The translations under genes and the position numbers were made by a program. Shown here piece by piece: positions 1 to 11,582 of a stretch of DNA of 64,000 bases; the stretch's first letter is position 1; the number at the start of each line of letters is the position of its first letter. Source of the DNA: Hydrolagus colliei (lineage: Eukaryota); assembly GCA_035084275.1 (NCBI GenBank), contig CM068742.1:117738001-117802000 (forward strand). Reading direction: 5' to 3'. Below the pieces are notes generated by a model. That model ran no database searches and was not told where the DNA came from. It saw only the letters and a program-made list of their open reading frames with translations.

Positions 1-2200
1 ATCGAATGAATAGGTAATTACACAGAGTCTTAAGCCTGACATTCCTGTGTTCACTGATTTTTGGGACAAAGTGGACGTGTGTAAACAAGGGGTGGAATGT
101 CAGGATAAATATTCTGTGTTTGGTCCTACACTCAGCATTTCCGCTCCTCAGAAATCACAGTTAAATCTTTGGGAAAAGGGGAGGGGTTACCCTGTTAAAA
201 CCTTGTTAAACTCCATCACAGAGGAGCTCTTGCAAGTTGCACAGCTAAGGAGGCATATCCAAAAGAAGGGGACAACTCACAAGTCAAGCATAGTGCTGTA
301 TTGTACTTTATTTAGGAATGGGTGTCAGAACATGCACCTAAGCCACCACCAGTAGCAGAATAGCTACTGGCAGGAAGAGGTGCAAGGAGCTTCATTGCTC
401 ATTTCTACCAGTGAACTCTGCACCTGGGCACTATTTTCACATAGTGCCTACAAATTAAGTCACAGAACTATGGCCATGTGCAATGGGTGAACTAACACAT
501 ATGATAATTATGTTATTGTTTGACAAATGCAGTCAACTCGGTCGGTTGATAGCTAAAGATTGGGCCTGGGTTTTACACTCCCACCCCCCACATCTCTATC
601 ACAATACTGTAGAAACAGCCAGACTTTGCACTTCCTGCTGAAAGTGTCACTTTGCAGGATACCGTCTTGACTTTAAGCAGGCTGGTTAGTCTCATGATGG
701 CATGGGCTGGCGTCAGGCCCACTCAGTGAGGCAGATATGGTTGGAGGAGTTCTCACACCAGCATTCAGTTTATTTATCAACTGGCTCACTTCACACAAAA
801 TTAGTAGACGTCGCTGTTCCAATGCAACCATTGTGTTTGGCCACAAGTTGTTATTTAGTTTCTCGCACAAAATACACAGTCGATCCACTTTACAATATAT
901 TCCGTGAAGCACTTTGAGAAGTCTTAATGGCGTGATAAGGTGCAATATCAAATGCAGGGATTACTATTATCAGAAATTCTCATAACATGAAAGGCACTAT
1001 ACAAATGTCATTTTGTTAATGTTGTTGTTGTTGTTGTGATAAATAGACCATTGCTACATTTTACAGTACAACCTGTATATCCCTTAATATATCCTCATAG
1101 TGTGAAAGGCATTATGTCATATGCAGGGATTATTATAACAGTTCTCTTCTCTGGCAGACATTGCACTGGGTTCTACTTTTAGTTTGAAGAGAGAAAGAGG
1201 TAAGTTATCAGTATACATGTGCAGATGGACAACGGGTATTGCTTTGCACACTGTCTACTGATCTGACACTTCAACGTTGTAGGGAATGTGCTATTTTAAG
1301 CATGTGAACAATGACTGATTCACAGGCACTTTCTTGCAGTGTGATGCAATTGGTTGATCCATATGGTACCGACCATCAATATTTCTCTTTTTCAAGGTGA
1401 ATTCCAATTGCTACCTCCTGAAACAAATCACTATTTCCTTCTGAGCTGCTTCAGGTCCCTTCAGGTTGAAGGGATGTAGGGGATCTGGTTGTCTTTTGTG
1501 CTCTTCTGTTGGCACCAAATTTCCCTGTGAACATTACAGAAATGACATTTGAGATAAAGTATTTGGGCCTATTGTAAATTCCTATCTACAGTTCGTTAAC
1601 TCTAATTGAAAGTTTGCTTCAATTTTCAATTTCACAAAGGAACAGACATTTGGGGAAGAGTTGGAAAGTGAGATCATGCAAAAAATGGGAGATTTAGAAA
1701 GATGAGTAACATTTATTACCTTGTTGGGTAACATATTGTGTGTATCTATCTAGCTTTCAGCATGTATTATTTATAACTTCAAGTTTCCTTGATGTACATA
1801 TCTTTCCTACGGTCCAGCTGTGTTACTGTTCTTCTTCAAATTATGCAAGGTACTCCACATTGATTGGCTTTGTATTCTACCACACGTTGTGGTGGGAATG
1901 AAGGACCTCACAGATGAAACAGTATCAAGACAGAACGTTATTATTGTGGCAACTGGGATTTCCAGGCGCTTCTCCAAAAACATAGGTTTACGATTCGGTA
2001 TTTAACCATTTGCCTTAGAATTCATCACTGCACAGTATATGCTCAATCAGTTGCTTGCACAAGTTGAACTAGTCATTATTGCAGGCAGGTCACTACTGCC
2101 TGCTAAGCTTTCACTTCAACATAGATTTATGTCAGGAGTGAAAATAAAGGCTCAATCATCATATTCACCCACCCTCTCTCTTCCCCGGCCCCTCCTCACA

Positions 2201-2275
2201 CAAACAAACAAACAAAACTTACATTTATATAGCGCCTTTCACGTCGAGAGGACATCCCAAGGCGCTGTACAGTCA
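2201..2275 (-). mobile_element. L2 LINE 3' terminus with (TTTG)n tail
   Basis: Minus strand reads gcgccttgggatgtcctctcgacgtgaaaggcgctatataaatgtaagttttgtttgtttg, nearly identical to the 3' end of the young L2 at 10497-11264. Confidence 0.9.
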
Positions 2276-2329
2276 GGTAGGACAAGAGCAGGGTGGGAAG
2301 GCTCAGGGCAGGATAAAGAATAGTAGGAA

Positions 2330-2400
2330 AAGTAACTGTATTAGTGGGCGAAACGCGGCAGCCAAATTGCGCACAGCAGTGTCCTACAATCAGTCACGGA
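2330..2400 (-). mobile_element. DeuSINE-type core fragment, copy 1
   Basis: gtgggcgaaacgcggcagccaaattgcgcacagcagtgtcc is the reverse complement of the SINE core seen in full copies at 16346 and 44361. Confidence 0.85.
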
Positions 2401-2476
2401 AGTAGGACTAGGGGCAAAAGGGGGTAAAGAAGCAAAAGGGGAGGGGTCGAGGCAGGGGGAAGAAAGGCAGGAAAGT

Positions 2477-2550
2477 CGACTGTATATTTGTGGGCGAAAC
2501 GCGGCAGCCAAATTGCGCACAGCAGTGTCCCCACAAACAATCGCGAAAAT
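2477..2550 (-). mobile_element. DeuSINE-type core fragment, copy 2
   Basis: Same 41-nt core as copy 1, including the shared gccaaattgc variant. Confidence 0.85.
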
Positions 2551-2870
2551 GGGGCCAGGGGAGAAAGGGGGAAAAGAGGGTAAGGGGGGAGAGGGAGGGA
2601 AAGGTGGGATGGGATAGGGTTAGGGAGGAAGAGGGGGGAGAAAGGGGGGCAAGGAAGAGAGGGAGGGAAAGATGGGTGGGGGCAAGATCAGGAAGAGGGA
2701 AAAGGGAGGGAAGGGGAAAAGGGAGGAGAGAAAGTGGGGAAAGGGAGTGAGGGAAGAAGAAGATGGGGGCAAGGGTGGGGGGAATCAAACAACAATAATA
2801 AACAACAAAAGCAACAATATTAACAAAAACAGCAACGAACAATAACCAACAATCGTCCAACAATCGTCCA
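2551..2870. repeat. Low-complexity tracts (G/A polypurine, then AAC-rich)
   Basis: Almost only G/A from 2555-2785, then an aac/aat-rich tract ending in a duplicated caacaatcgtc. Confidence 0.9.
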
Positions 2871-3053
2871 GAAACCACTCCCTGTCCTCGCCGCCCGCCC
2901 GGACGATCCCTGAGATGGCGGGAAAAAAAGGGCGCGGAAAAAAGGGCCCAGTGTGGTGTCAGGCCCCAAAACCGACCGGCTCCTCAGTCGATGAACCCGG
3001 GGACTCGGTGATGGCCCTGGCCCCTCGGACATGGTGTGTCTGGCCAGCTCGCA

Positions 3054-3074
3054 CAGCAGCAGCAGCAGCAGCAG
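3054..3074 (+). repeat. (CAG)7 microsatellite
   Basis: Seven perfect CAG units. Confidence 0.95.
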
Positions 3075-3126
3075 CCCGATCGCCGTCTGGATCTCCCGCG
3101 ACGAGATGATCCGTCGCTTGCAGCAC

Positions 3127-3264
3127 CTGGGCGCTCTCCCCCTCGCGGAAGACGTGCGCCACCCGCTGCCCGAGGAAAGTGCCGAGGTCGCGGCCTTCCC
3201 AGGTCCTGTCGAGGGGCCGCTCTTCGCACAGCCGGAGGAAGCGCCGACAGCGAATGGCCGCCAT
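3127..3264 (-). pseudogene. UQCC2: UQCC2 (complex III assembly factor 2) first coding exon; captured/decayed copy or divergent true exon 1
   Basis: ATG at 3264 gives [46 protein letters not shown], colinear with recalled human [46 protein letters not shown] (31/46 identical). Similarity ends after codon 46 at CAG|GT. Homology is strong; pseudogene status is uncertain. Confidence 0.75.
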
Positions 3265-3338
3265 TCCCTCCGCGATACTCCCCGTCATCCAAAAAGATGG
3301 CATTCGTTGGCCGACCGCCCATAGAGGAAGAACCTCTA

Positions 3339-3709
3339 TGAATAGGTGTTAACCGTGCTATTAAAACGACTGTTGCGAGGTGGAGAGAGTGCAGCAATGG
3401 CAGCGATGGAAGCCGCTCCAGCTGGTGGGCTGAGCGGTGCACAGCGTGAAAGCTCTGTCCGCGATCGTTCCAGCCCGAAGATCTCTAGTCTCGGGAGCGG
3501 GTGGTCCGCGTGAAAAACATCACCATACATCCAATATATCACCACCAGACAAAACACTAGATTAAATAGATGATATAAAATGATATAAAATGATATAAAT
3601 GATATAAAATATCATCTATCGCCAGGCGAGGTGGAGAGAGTGCAGGATAGCACCTGCACTCTCTCCACCTCGCAACAGTCGTTTTAATAGCACGGTTGAC
3701 ACCTATTCA
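3339..3709. mobile_element. Fold-back/MITE-like module with 56-bp inverted repeats
   Basis: 3339-3394 is the reverse complement of 3654-3709 with one mismatch; internal 21-bp hairpin and TGATATAAAA x4. Confidence 0.7.
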
Positions 3710-4479
3710 CTTTCCACATAAATCACCTATACATCTTTCCTAGTCCTGGATAACCTTTTCTAAGGGAGGTGAAAAACAGAGGCGAGGAAAAACAAACATG
3801 GCCAACAAAGGGGAATAAAAGATTTTCCTGCATTTCCTAGGTTTAGAAATGTTCAGCCCTCATGCAATAGTCATTTGTCTTTTGCTGGCAAAAAAAATTA
3901 ATCAATATAATTTGGTGAAAGGAGGTATATTTTATAATATTTGTAAATCTAGTAAATGTAAAAGTCAAGGCTCCAGTGAGCAATATTTTGAGGTTAAGAC
4001 AGTTCATCAAGTTGGCTCCAGTGTGGCTGCACAGTTCAGTTTTGAATCAAAACCAATAGTTTTGTGGTTTTATTTGATCACCACAGCTGGTAGCTCATAT
4101 TCCCCTCCTTCACCCCCCCACTCCCATCCGCCATTATCTATAAAATTGCCTACTATTAAAACACTACTATTTCAATGTTATATTTAATGATACTCTGCAT
4201 CAATAGTGATTGCTTGGTTATTGTCAGCAATGGATTTGTTTATGGAATCATGTCCATGAGAACTGGGTGCAAGTTGCCAGAACTCAATTTACTCCAACAA
4301 CTTTAAAACACAGGAGATAGTCATTCTGTTTATTTGGATATAGTTTATATTCAGGGCTATAGACCTGGTTCTTGCCATTGTATCAAATGCTAATACATTA
4401 ATATACAGTACTAACATACGTGATTGTTGAATTTGTATGAATTTGAAAGCCACTTGAATATGTCACGCTTGTTGTTGTT

Positions 4480-4945
4480 GACTGAGTTGGTAGCACTTTC
4501 ACCTCTGAATCAGAAAATTGTGGGTTCAACAACAACAACAACAGAATTACATTTGTATAGAGTCTTTCACTTCGGGAGGACGTCCCAAAGCACTCATGAT
4601 GGCTCATTTTCAAGCATCATGTTGGAACTTATAATTCATATAGTCTAAGCTGCCACTCCATTGCAGTGTTGGGGGATGTCCAGCATTGTTGGAGGTGCCA
4701 TCCTCTTGATGAGATATGAAACCAAGGTTCCGTCAATCTATTCATGTGGATTTTAAAGATCCTGTTTGTAAAGAGATAGGAATTTCTTCCAGTGTCTGGA
4801 CAACAATATCCCTAAATAAAATTGGTCACTCGCTTCATGGTTGTTTTATGGGACATTGCTGTGCACAAATTATTCACCCACAAAACACACAGTTACTCCA
4901 CTTTACAGTATATCCTGTGAAACACTTTTGGGAACCCTCAAAAGC
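4480..4945 (+). mobile_element. Older tRNA-headed DeuSINE (SacSINE1/AmnSINE1-like) interrupted by an L2 tail at ~4529-4595
   Basis: Head ggtagcactttcacctctgaatcagaaaattgtgggttcaa, body ggaggtgccatcc...taaagatcc, core gggacattgctgtgcacaaat. Confidence 0.8.
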
Positions 4946-5554
4946 ATCCCCCCAGCATTACACTGGAGTGTCAGCCGAGACTATGAACTCAAAGTACCAA
5001 CAGGGGCCACTATTCATATCTCTTCAGAAATTTCTAAGTGTTGCAACAACGAGAGTGAGGGTTCAGGATATGAACCAGAAGATTAAAAATCTATCAGGTT
5101 AACTGTAATTAAATCTGATCTGTACTCTCCTGAAACAGGATCAACCAGCCAGCTTGGCAGCCAGTCACCATATCTAGGCTGGCTGGAGACGCCAGAAAAC
5201 ATTACAATCTCTCCCCATTTCTCTCACCTCTGCCAGCTCACACAGATGTTCCCAAAGTTATAGGCGCTATACCAAATGCAAGAGTGACTTGTACTTGAAA
5301 CTTACATTTCACAAGTTGAACTTTTCACCCCCTACATCATTACTAATCTGTGAACTAAACAAATGACAGTGGAAATTCATTATTGGTCTGAGAGACAAGT
5401 TTCCATCATTCCCAACAATCCAACAAGGTTTAACTGTTGTTCCAAATTCTAATTTTATACTTTGCTGTGGGTAGATTTCTAAAAGCGCCAGCAATTGTAA
5501 AATGTACAGTGACATGTTTTTAAATTCAATTCAACAAAAAACAGCAACTACTAC

Positions 5555-5900
5555 TTGTATTTGTAGAGCACCCTTCACAGAGGACAGCATCTCGGAGCAG
5601 TGCAAATACAAATCAAATCCAAAAAGATAGAATCACCTGAGTGCATTACAAAAAGATGCATCTGTGCAGCTCCTTTCACGAGGAACAATAGCTCAGAATG
5701 CCTCACAGGCATAGCACTGGACACTGCATGGGAGCATGAAAGAGTGGGGAGGATGGAGATGACCATAGGCACAATCAAATTTTGAAGAGAGAGGGGCTGA
5801 AATGGAAGGGTTGAGGGAGGGAATTTGTGAGGGTGGGGCCATTGTAGCTGAAGGCTTAACCACTGATGATAGGGAAGCAGGGGTTGAAGAAGGGCCAAAA
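5555..5900 (-). mobile_element. Old L2 3' fragment
   Basis: Degenerate L2 tail and 3' region similar to other L2 copies. Confidence 0.5.
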
Positions 5901-8659
5901 TAGCTACTTGCCCCTAACATCTGGAACCCCTACCTCTACCCTAAGGCTCCTCTCTATTTGCCTTTTATTCCTGCGTTAAAGCTTATCTCTTTAACAATAG
6001 TCACTCCCCTTCTGCCACTTTTCTCTCCTTCGCTTGGCCTCCAACCCTGTCTAAGATGTTCCGAGATGTGAAGAGTGTCACATACATGTGGTTTGTTATT
6101 GGCCACACAAAGGGAGCAAGCAGAAGATTGAGGCTTGTGAAGATCTGTAAATAGGTTGCAATGGGAATAAATTATGAAAACATAGATATTGGAGCAAAAA
6201 ATTAAGTAAGTGATGTGTTAGTCATCATTGTTGATAATTATCACTGGGGAGAGAACAATAGAAATTTACACCACAGCAGGTCATTTAGGTTCTTATGCTG
6301 GCTCTTTTGATTAACGAAATATTGGGACAAAGTGTTTCTAGAAATGTTTAAGTCAATGCTGTGTTTAAGTCAATACTATTCTCATGTGGTCCAGATGAAT
6401 GCTACACCCATTTAGATGACCTGTGGTGCCTTTCATTCTGTAACTGTATGACTCCAGGATAGAATTCTAAAAGGATTTCAAAAAGTAAACCCAGAAAAAT
6501 ATATTAGGACAAATCAAATGAGAGGACCCGGCCTTGATTTCTGGGCATGTGAAACCTTCGGCAAATGTCCTTACTCCACACGCCTGTTTACCTAGGACCA
6601 ACAACAACAACAAATTTACATTAAAAAAGTAATGATTAGAATTTAGTCACTTAATCCGTGAATATTTGTGGGACACCATTGTGTGCAATTGCCTGTTGTG
6701 TTTCACCCACATAATACATAGTGAATCTAATTTAATCCAATTTGCAATATATTCTGTGATGTGCTTTGAGATATTTCAATGACAAGATAAGGCACTATAA
6801 CAAATACAAGGATTATTATTATTAAGACAGTAAAACAAGATTTAGAGTTGCAAAGGGTAAGTTTAGGACAGATGCCAGAAAGTGTTTCTTTATCCTCTCA
6901 GCGTAAAGTGTCATTGATCTCCACATGTCATGGCGGTACTCTGGAGTACCTATTATCCAATTAGAAATCTATGAAACAGGATCTAAGACTGAATTAATTT
7001 TTTCTTAAAATATAAAAACCATACCAATGTCAAATTCAATATGGTTAGCACACTTTATTTTCTTAAAAAGCAAACATATATGTAGAAATTGGATTCTACA
7101 ATTCAAATTGTATTTGAAACAAAAATGATAAAATTATAACTAGCTCTGAAGGTTTGCATCACTTGAGGGTCAGTTGTCAATTATTTTAATGAAAAACAGA
7201 ACGATTTTCAACTTAAATCCACACAGCAATGTATAATTTACAAAATCTGGTACGAATATTGAAGAAACATTCAAAGATTTAATTTTGGGGGAACGTTTGC
7301 TGAAAATGATGAGTATTCATGCCATTGCTACTAGTGTTATTGTTTCTGACATTCAATGCATCTGGAAGTGGTGTTTCATGCAACACAATGCACTCAAATG
7401 GCATATACCTATCATTTAACAGTTAAACCATCTATAGATGTTGAATTGCCGCCGAATACAGTATGTTTCAGGTTATGTCTGTTCCAAGTTGTAGTTACAC
7501 CTATTGGTACTTAATAATTGGCAATAGGTCTTTGTTAAAAAAGGTAGTCTTCGCTCCAGGGAAACTTAATCCAAACTATGGCATTTGATGCTTGACACAG
7601 AATGTCAAGAAATGTCAGCCGTACTCCCCTCCCAAATGGTACAATTTCACCCTCTTTGCTTCTAGCTTCACAGAAGAATAAGAATGAGATCCCAGAAAAC
7701 TGTCAATGCCCGTGTAGACCATATTACAATGAGCATCTTTGGGAGAAAAATTGGAAAAATTGACTTTGAATCATTTCTTCAACATGGAATTACACAGACT
7801 GTACAAAACAGAAATCAGCTCAAATGGTCTGTCGCAGTATTCATTCTCCACATAAACATCCACTCATTATAATGCCTTGTCCCATATTCTCTTTTCCCCC
7901 AAATATCTAGTTTCCTTTTGATTATATTAATGCTTTCTGCTTCAGTTACAGCTTCCAGCATTGAGTTCCATATTCTCACCACCTTTGGCGAGCCCTTTGT
8001 ATTGGATTCATAGCCAATTAATATCCACTTTATTGAATTATTTCATAATGTAACCATTCTCTATCATGTCCTGCTCAATTGTTTCATCTTCAGAATGTAA
8101 AGCTCTAACCTCTCCATTCTGTATTCTATACATAATACAATATCCTGTCCACTGACTGTTCAGCGCCTTGTGATGTCCCCCTGACATGAAAGGCAATGTT
8201 ACAATTATGATTTTGTTGTTGTTGTATATACAGATATCAAGAAATAATAATAATCCTTGCACTTGATATAATGCCTTATCCTGTTGTTTTGATATATACA
8301 CAAGATATAGTCCATACACTTTACAGTATCTTCCTTGAAGAGCTTTGAGATATCTTATAGACATGATAAGTCACTATATCAAAAGCAAGGATTATAATTG
8401 TATATTACTATATTATACTGCAAGTATCATTATTAATATTATTATGCTGTAATTTTGTTGTCGTTGTTCTTGATAGGTGTAACTACTTAACCCGGTAACA
8501 TCTAAGAAACAGTGGAACTAAATAGATAGAAAAAATCCCCTCTACTGAGTGACTGATAATTTTGATTATAAAGTATGTACTTTTTTTTACAAAAAATAAT
8601 AAATGCTTATTTCTGATGTAGCACCATAGCATGGAGAAACATGGCAAATTTCTTTACAG

Positions 8660-8953
8660 AGTGGTCTGTATTTGTTAATGTGGCAGCCAATTTACCCAGA
8701 GCAATATCCCACAAAACATGTGGTCAATTTCGTATCTGAGGGATTGTAGGGCCAGAATAATAAGAGAAACTCCCTTCACATTTCAAATAGTATCACATGA
8801 ATAGGTAGAAGAGACATTGATTTAATGTTTTGTATGATGACCACTGCGCCCAACAATGCAGCGCTCCCCCAGCACTGCACTGGAATATCAGTCTGGACTG
8901 TGAGGCTCAAATCCCAATGGAGGCATTGAACGCACAAACTTCTGACTCAGAGC
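8660..8953 (-). mobile_element. Older DeuSINE
   Basis: Reverse complement of the head (cttctgactcagag) and body (caatgcagcgctcccccagcactgcactgga). Confidence 0.75.
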
Positions 8954-9054
8954 TCAGAATTTTACCAACTGATCTAGGCTGACAACTAAAATAGGAATTT
9001 GTAGAATTAGAAATAGGCTATTGGGGGCCATTTGACTAGACCCAAAATAACAAG

Positions 9055-9687
9055 TGGATTGAGCATCCACGGATGGTAATGCTGTCAATGCCTGAAATGT
9101 GGAGGTGCTGACGGAGCCAATCAGGTGGGCCTTGGTCTTGTTGACATTGAACTGTAGATTAGCTCTCATCCAGGCCTTGAACTCTGCAGCCCGTGTCCTT
9201 TACCGTTCCAAGCTCCATGAGCCCATATACCCCATTCTCGCCTGACTCCGTTGGCTCTCCATTCCACCGAGAATTCAATTCAAGATTCTCGTCCTCACCT
9301 TCTATGGCCTTGCTCCACCCTAACTCTGCGATTTCCTAATCCCCTACCAACCTATCTGCTCCCTTCACTCAGTGGGCCTTGGCCTGCTCCATGTCCCCTG
9401 ACCCATCCACCGCAAATCAGTAAACAACCCTCCAGTCACTCTTCCCCTAACCTCTGGAATTCCATCCTGCAGTCCCTCCATCTCGACCCCTCCCTAACCT
9501 CCTTAAAATCCCGCCTCAAGAACCTCCTCTTCGACAGTCCCATTAATAACCCCAAATCCCCTCCTTTCACTCCACTCTCCTCACTCCCGACCCCAGCTCG
9601 TGTCTGCAACATTGACTGTCCAGCACTTTGGGACGTCCTCCCAACATTAAAATCACTACAAATGTAGTTTTTTTTTTTTGTTGTTGA
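9055..9687 (+). mobile_element. L2 fragment with inverted 5' segment (9055-9179 minus, 9180-9687 plus)
   Basis: Minus part encodes MRANLQFNVNKTKAHLIGS; plus part runs from NSAARVL to the L2 tail ttgggacgtcctccc...ttgttgttg. Confidence 0.8.
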
Positions 9688-10496
9688 ATTGTCAACCTGA
9701 ACTATGCACTGAAAGCAGTGGAGAAGTTTGACCCCCAATCTTCTGACTTAGACCTGACTGCTTTTACACAAACTGTGTATTTGCTTTCCAGGTTATGTAG
9801 GAAATAGATTTACACAAAGTTGCTTTGCGCGAAAGCAATTATGAGCTGAAGTGAGAAAGCTCCCAGGATTACACAAATAAATCTCAGTTTTAGTTGGGAA
9901 TCTTTGCGATCTTTTTAATTGGAATTTTTAAGAAGTTCCTTTCAAAATTTCAATGTTTTTGAGTTACTTTGGGTTTACTTTTCAGTAAATTCTAACCAAG
10001 ATTTATATTTTGGTAGTTTTAAGTCGCTGCGTTTCATTAATTTACGTTGAAATTAGGGTTACAATTACTAGATTCGTTTTTTTTTTGGAATAGTTCCAGT
10101 AGCGATACTATATTGATCTAGCTTGTACCAAAAGACAGTAAATCAAAAGATCAGCATGGCTCTAGGAGAAATTAGAAGAAATAAACTACTGCACTTGGAG
10201 TGGAACAAGTTACGTAGCTGACTAAACATGTCATTGATTTTCATGTTTAATTTAAGAAACATCAGAAAATGAACGTGAGTGAAAATAGACAATAAAAATC
10301 TTCATTAGACAAATAGCTGGGAAATGCCAGGATCCGTGACGCCCAAAAGTTGCCAAGCAAAGACATAATTCTCTCACTGAGGTGTAATGTCAAACAAGAG
10401 GCCTTTGAACTTTCTGTGACTGTTCTACTTGATGTTGTCAAAGCGAAACAAATCTCATTTCATTCAAGATGCACTTTGAGTATTTTAACCTTTTCA

Positions 10497-11264
10497 AACA
10501 ACAACAACAACAACAACAATTTACATTTATATAGCGCCTTTCACGTCGGGAGGACGTCCCAAGGCGCTAAACAAGAGGCGTGTGACCCGAGCTGGGAGGG
10601 GAGTGTTTGGGAAGGGGTGAAACACGAAGGGGAGGTAAAAGAGTTCGGGGTGAAACAAAAGGCACGATCGAAGAGGAAAGTCTTCAAATCGGCCTTGAAA
10701 GAGGAAAGGGAAGAGGCGAAATGGAGGGATTGAGGGATGGCATTCCATAGGGTGGGAGCGGAGAAACTGAAGGCCCGGCCTCCGATGGTGTGGCGGTTCG
10801 GGCGGGGGGCTTGGAGCAGGCCAAGTCCTGTTGAACGGAGGGCCCGGGTGGGCGTGTAGGGGGAGAGTAGATCGGTTAGGTAGGATGGGGCAAGGCCATG
10901 TAAGGCCTTGTAGGTGAGGACGAGGATCTTAAATTCGATCCTCTGGAGGATGGGGAGCCAGTGGAGACGGGCGAGGGTGGGGGTTATGTGATCACGGAGG
11001 TGGGTGCGGGATAGTACACGGGCTGCAGAGTTTTGGATGGCCTGCAGCCTATGAATGGAGGAACTGGGGAGGCCGACTAGGAGAGAGTTTCCGTAGTCCA
11101 GCCGTGAGGTGATGTATGCGTGCATGAGTGTTTCGGCAGCGCGGGGGGTAATATAGTTGCGGAGCCTGGCAATGTTGCGCAGATGGAAATAGGCTGTGCC
11201 GGTCAAGGCGCGGATGTGGGGGAGGAAGGAAAGTTTTTGATCGAACATGATGCCGAGGTTCCTG
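10497..11264 (-). mobile_element. Young 5'-truncated L2 LINE (ORF2 C-terminal region, open frame)
   Basis: 235-aa ORF with L2 motifs YFHLRNIARLR, SRLDYGNSLL, QNSAARVL, LHWLP, GGRAFS; (TTG)n tail; CpGs retained. Confidence 0.95.
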
Positions 11265-11399
11265 ATTTGCCAAAATTTAATTTGAAATGAAAGTTCTTTT
11301 CACTCACTGTGTTGACGCATCACTTCACATTTTGATTATATGATACCTAAATGGACTGTTTTTTGAATGCAGCATCTCATCCACTGAGATTAGGAAAAT

Positions 11400-11582
11400 G
11401 CTTTTGGTCAGGCGTGTGTTTGTCGAATGAGGAAACCCATCAGCATGCTTAAGAGCATCTAAACTAGACTGAGTTCCACATATTATGCCACCTACTCATG
11501 GAAATTTTCCTGTGTCTGGAATCGAAATGCACACTCTCTCTCTGGAGGGATGCACCCTGCTTACCTAATTCCGGAAAGTATT
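11400..11582 (+). repeat. Unclassified old interspersed repeat, copy A
   Basis: Alignable by eye to 16110-16269 and, inverted, to 21095-21262 and 43655-43810. Confidence 0.65.

Larger units (their letters stand above)
2870..3512. promoter_or_regulatory. CpG island
   Basis: Very GC-rich with dense CpG against a CpG-depleted AT-rich background; overlaps the UQCC2-like first exon. Confidence 0.75.

Noticed and set aside
2408-2878. 156-aa and 86-aa ORFs
   Set aside because: Products of polypurine low-complexity and SINE sequence.
2915-3341. Plus-strand poly-Q, poly-S and poly-A ORFs
   Set aside because: Antisense frames of the GC-rich UQCC2-like segment and the CAG repeat.
3571-3609. Repeat array as CRISPR or iteron
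   Set aside because: Vertebrate context, no spacers; a simple 10-bp tandem repeat.
10541-11248. 235-aa ORF as a cellular gene
   Set aside because: It is the C-terminal part of L2 ORF2, truncated and lacking the RT core.
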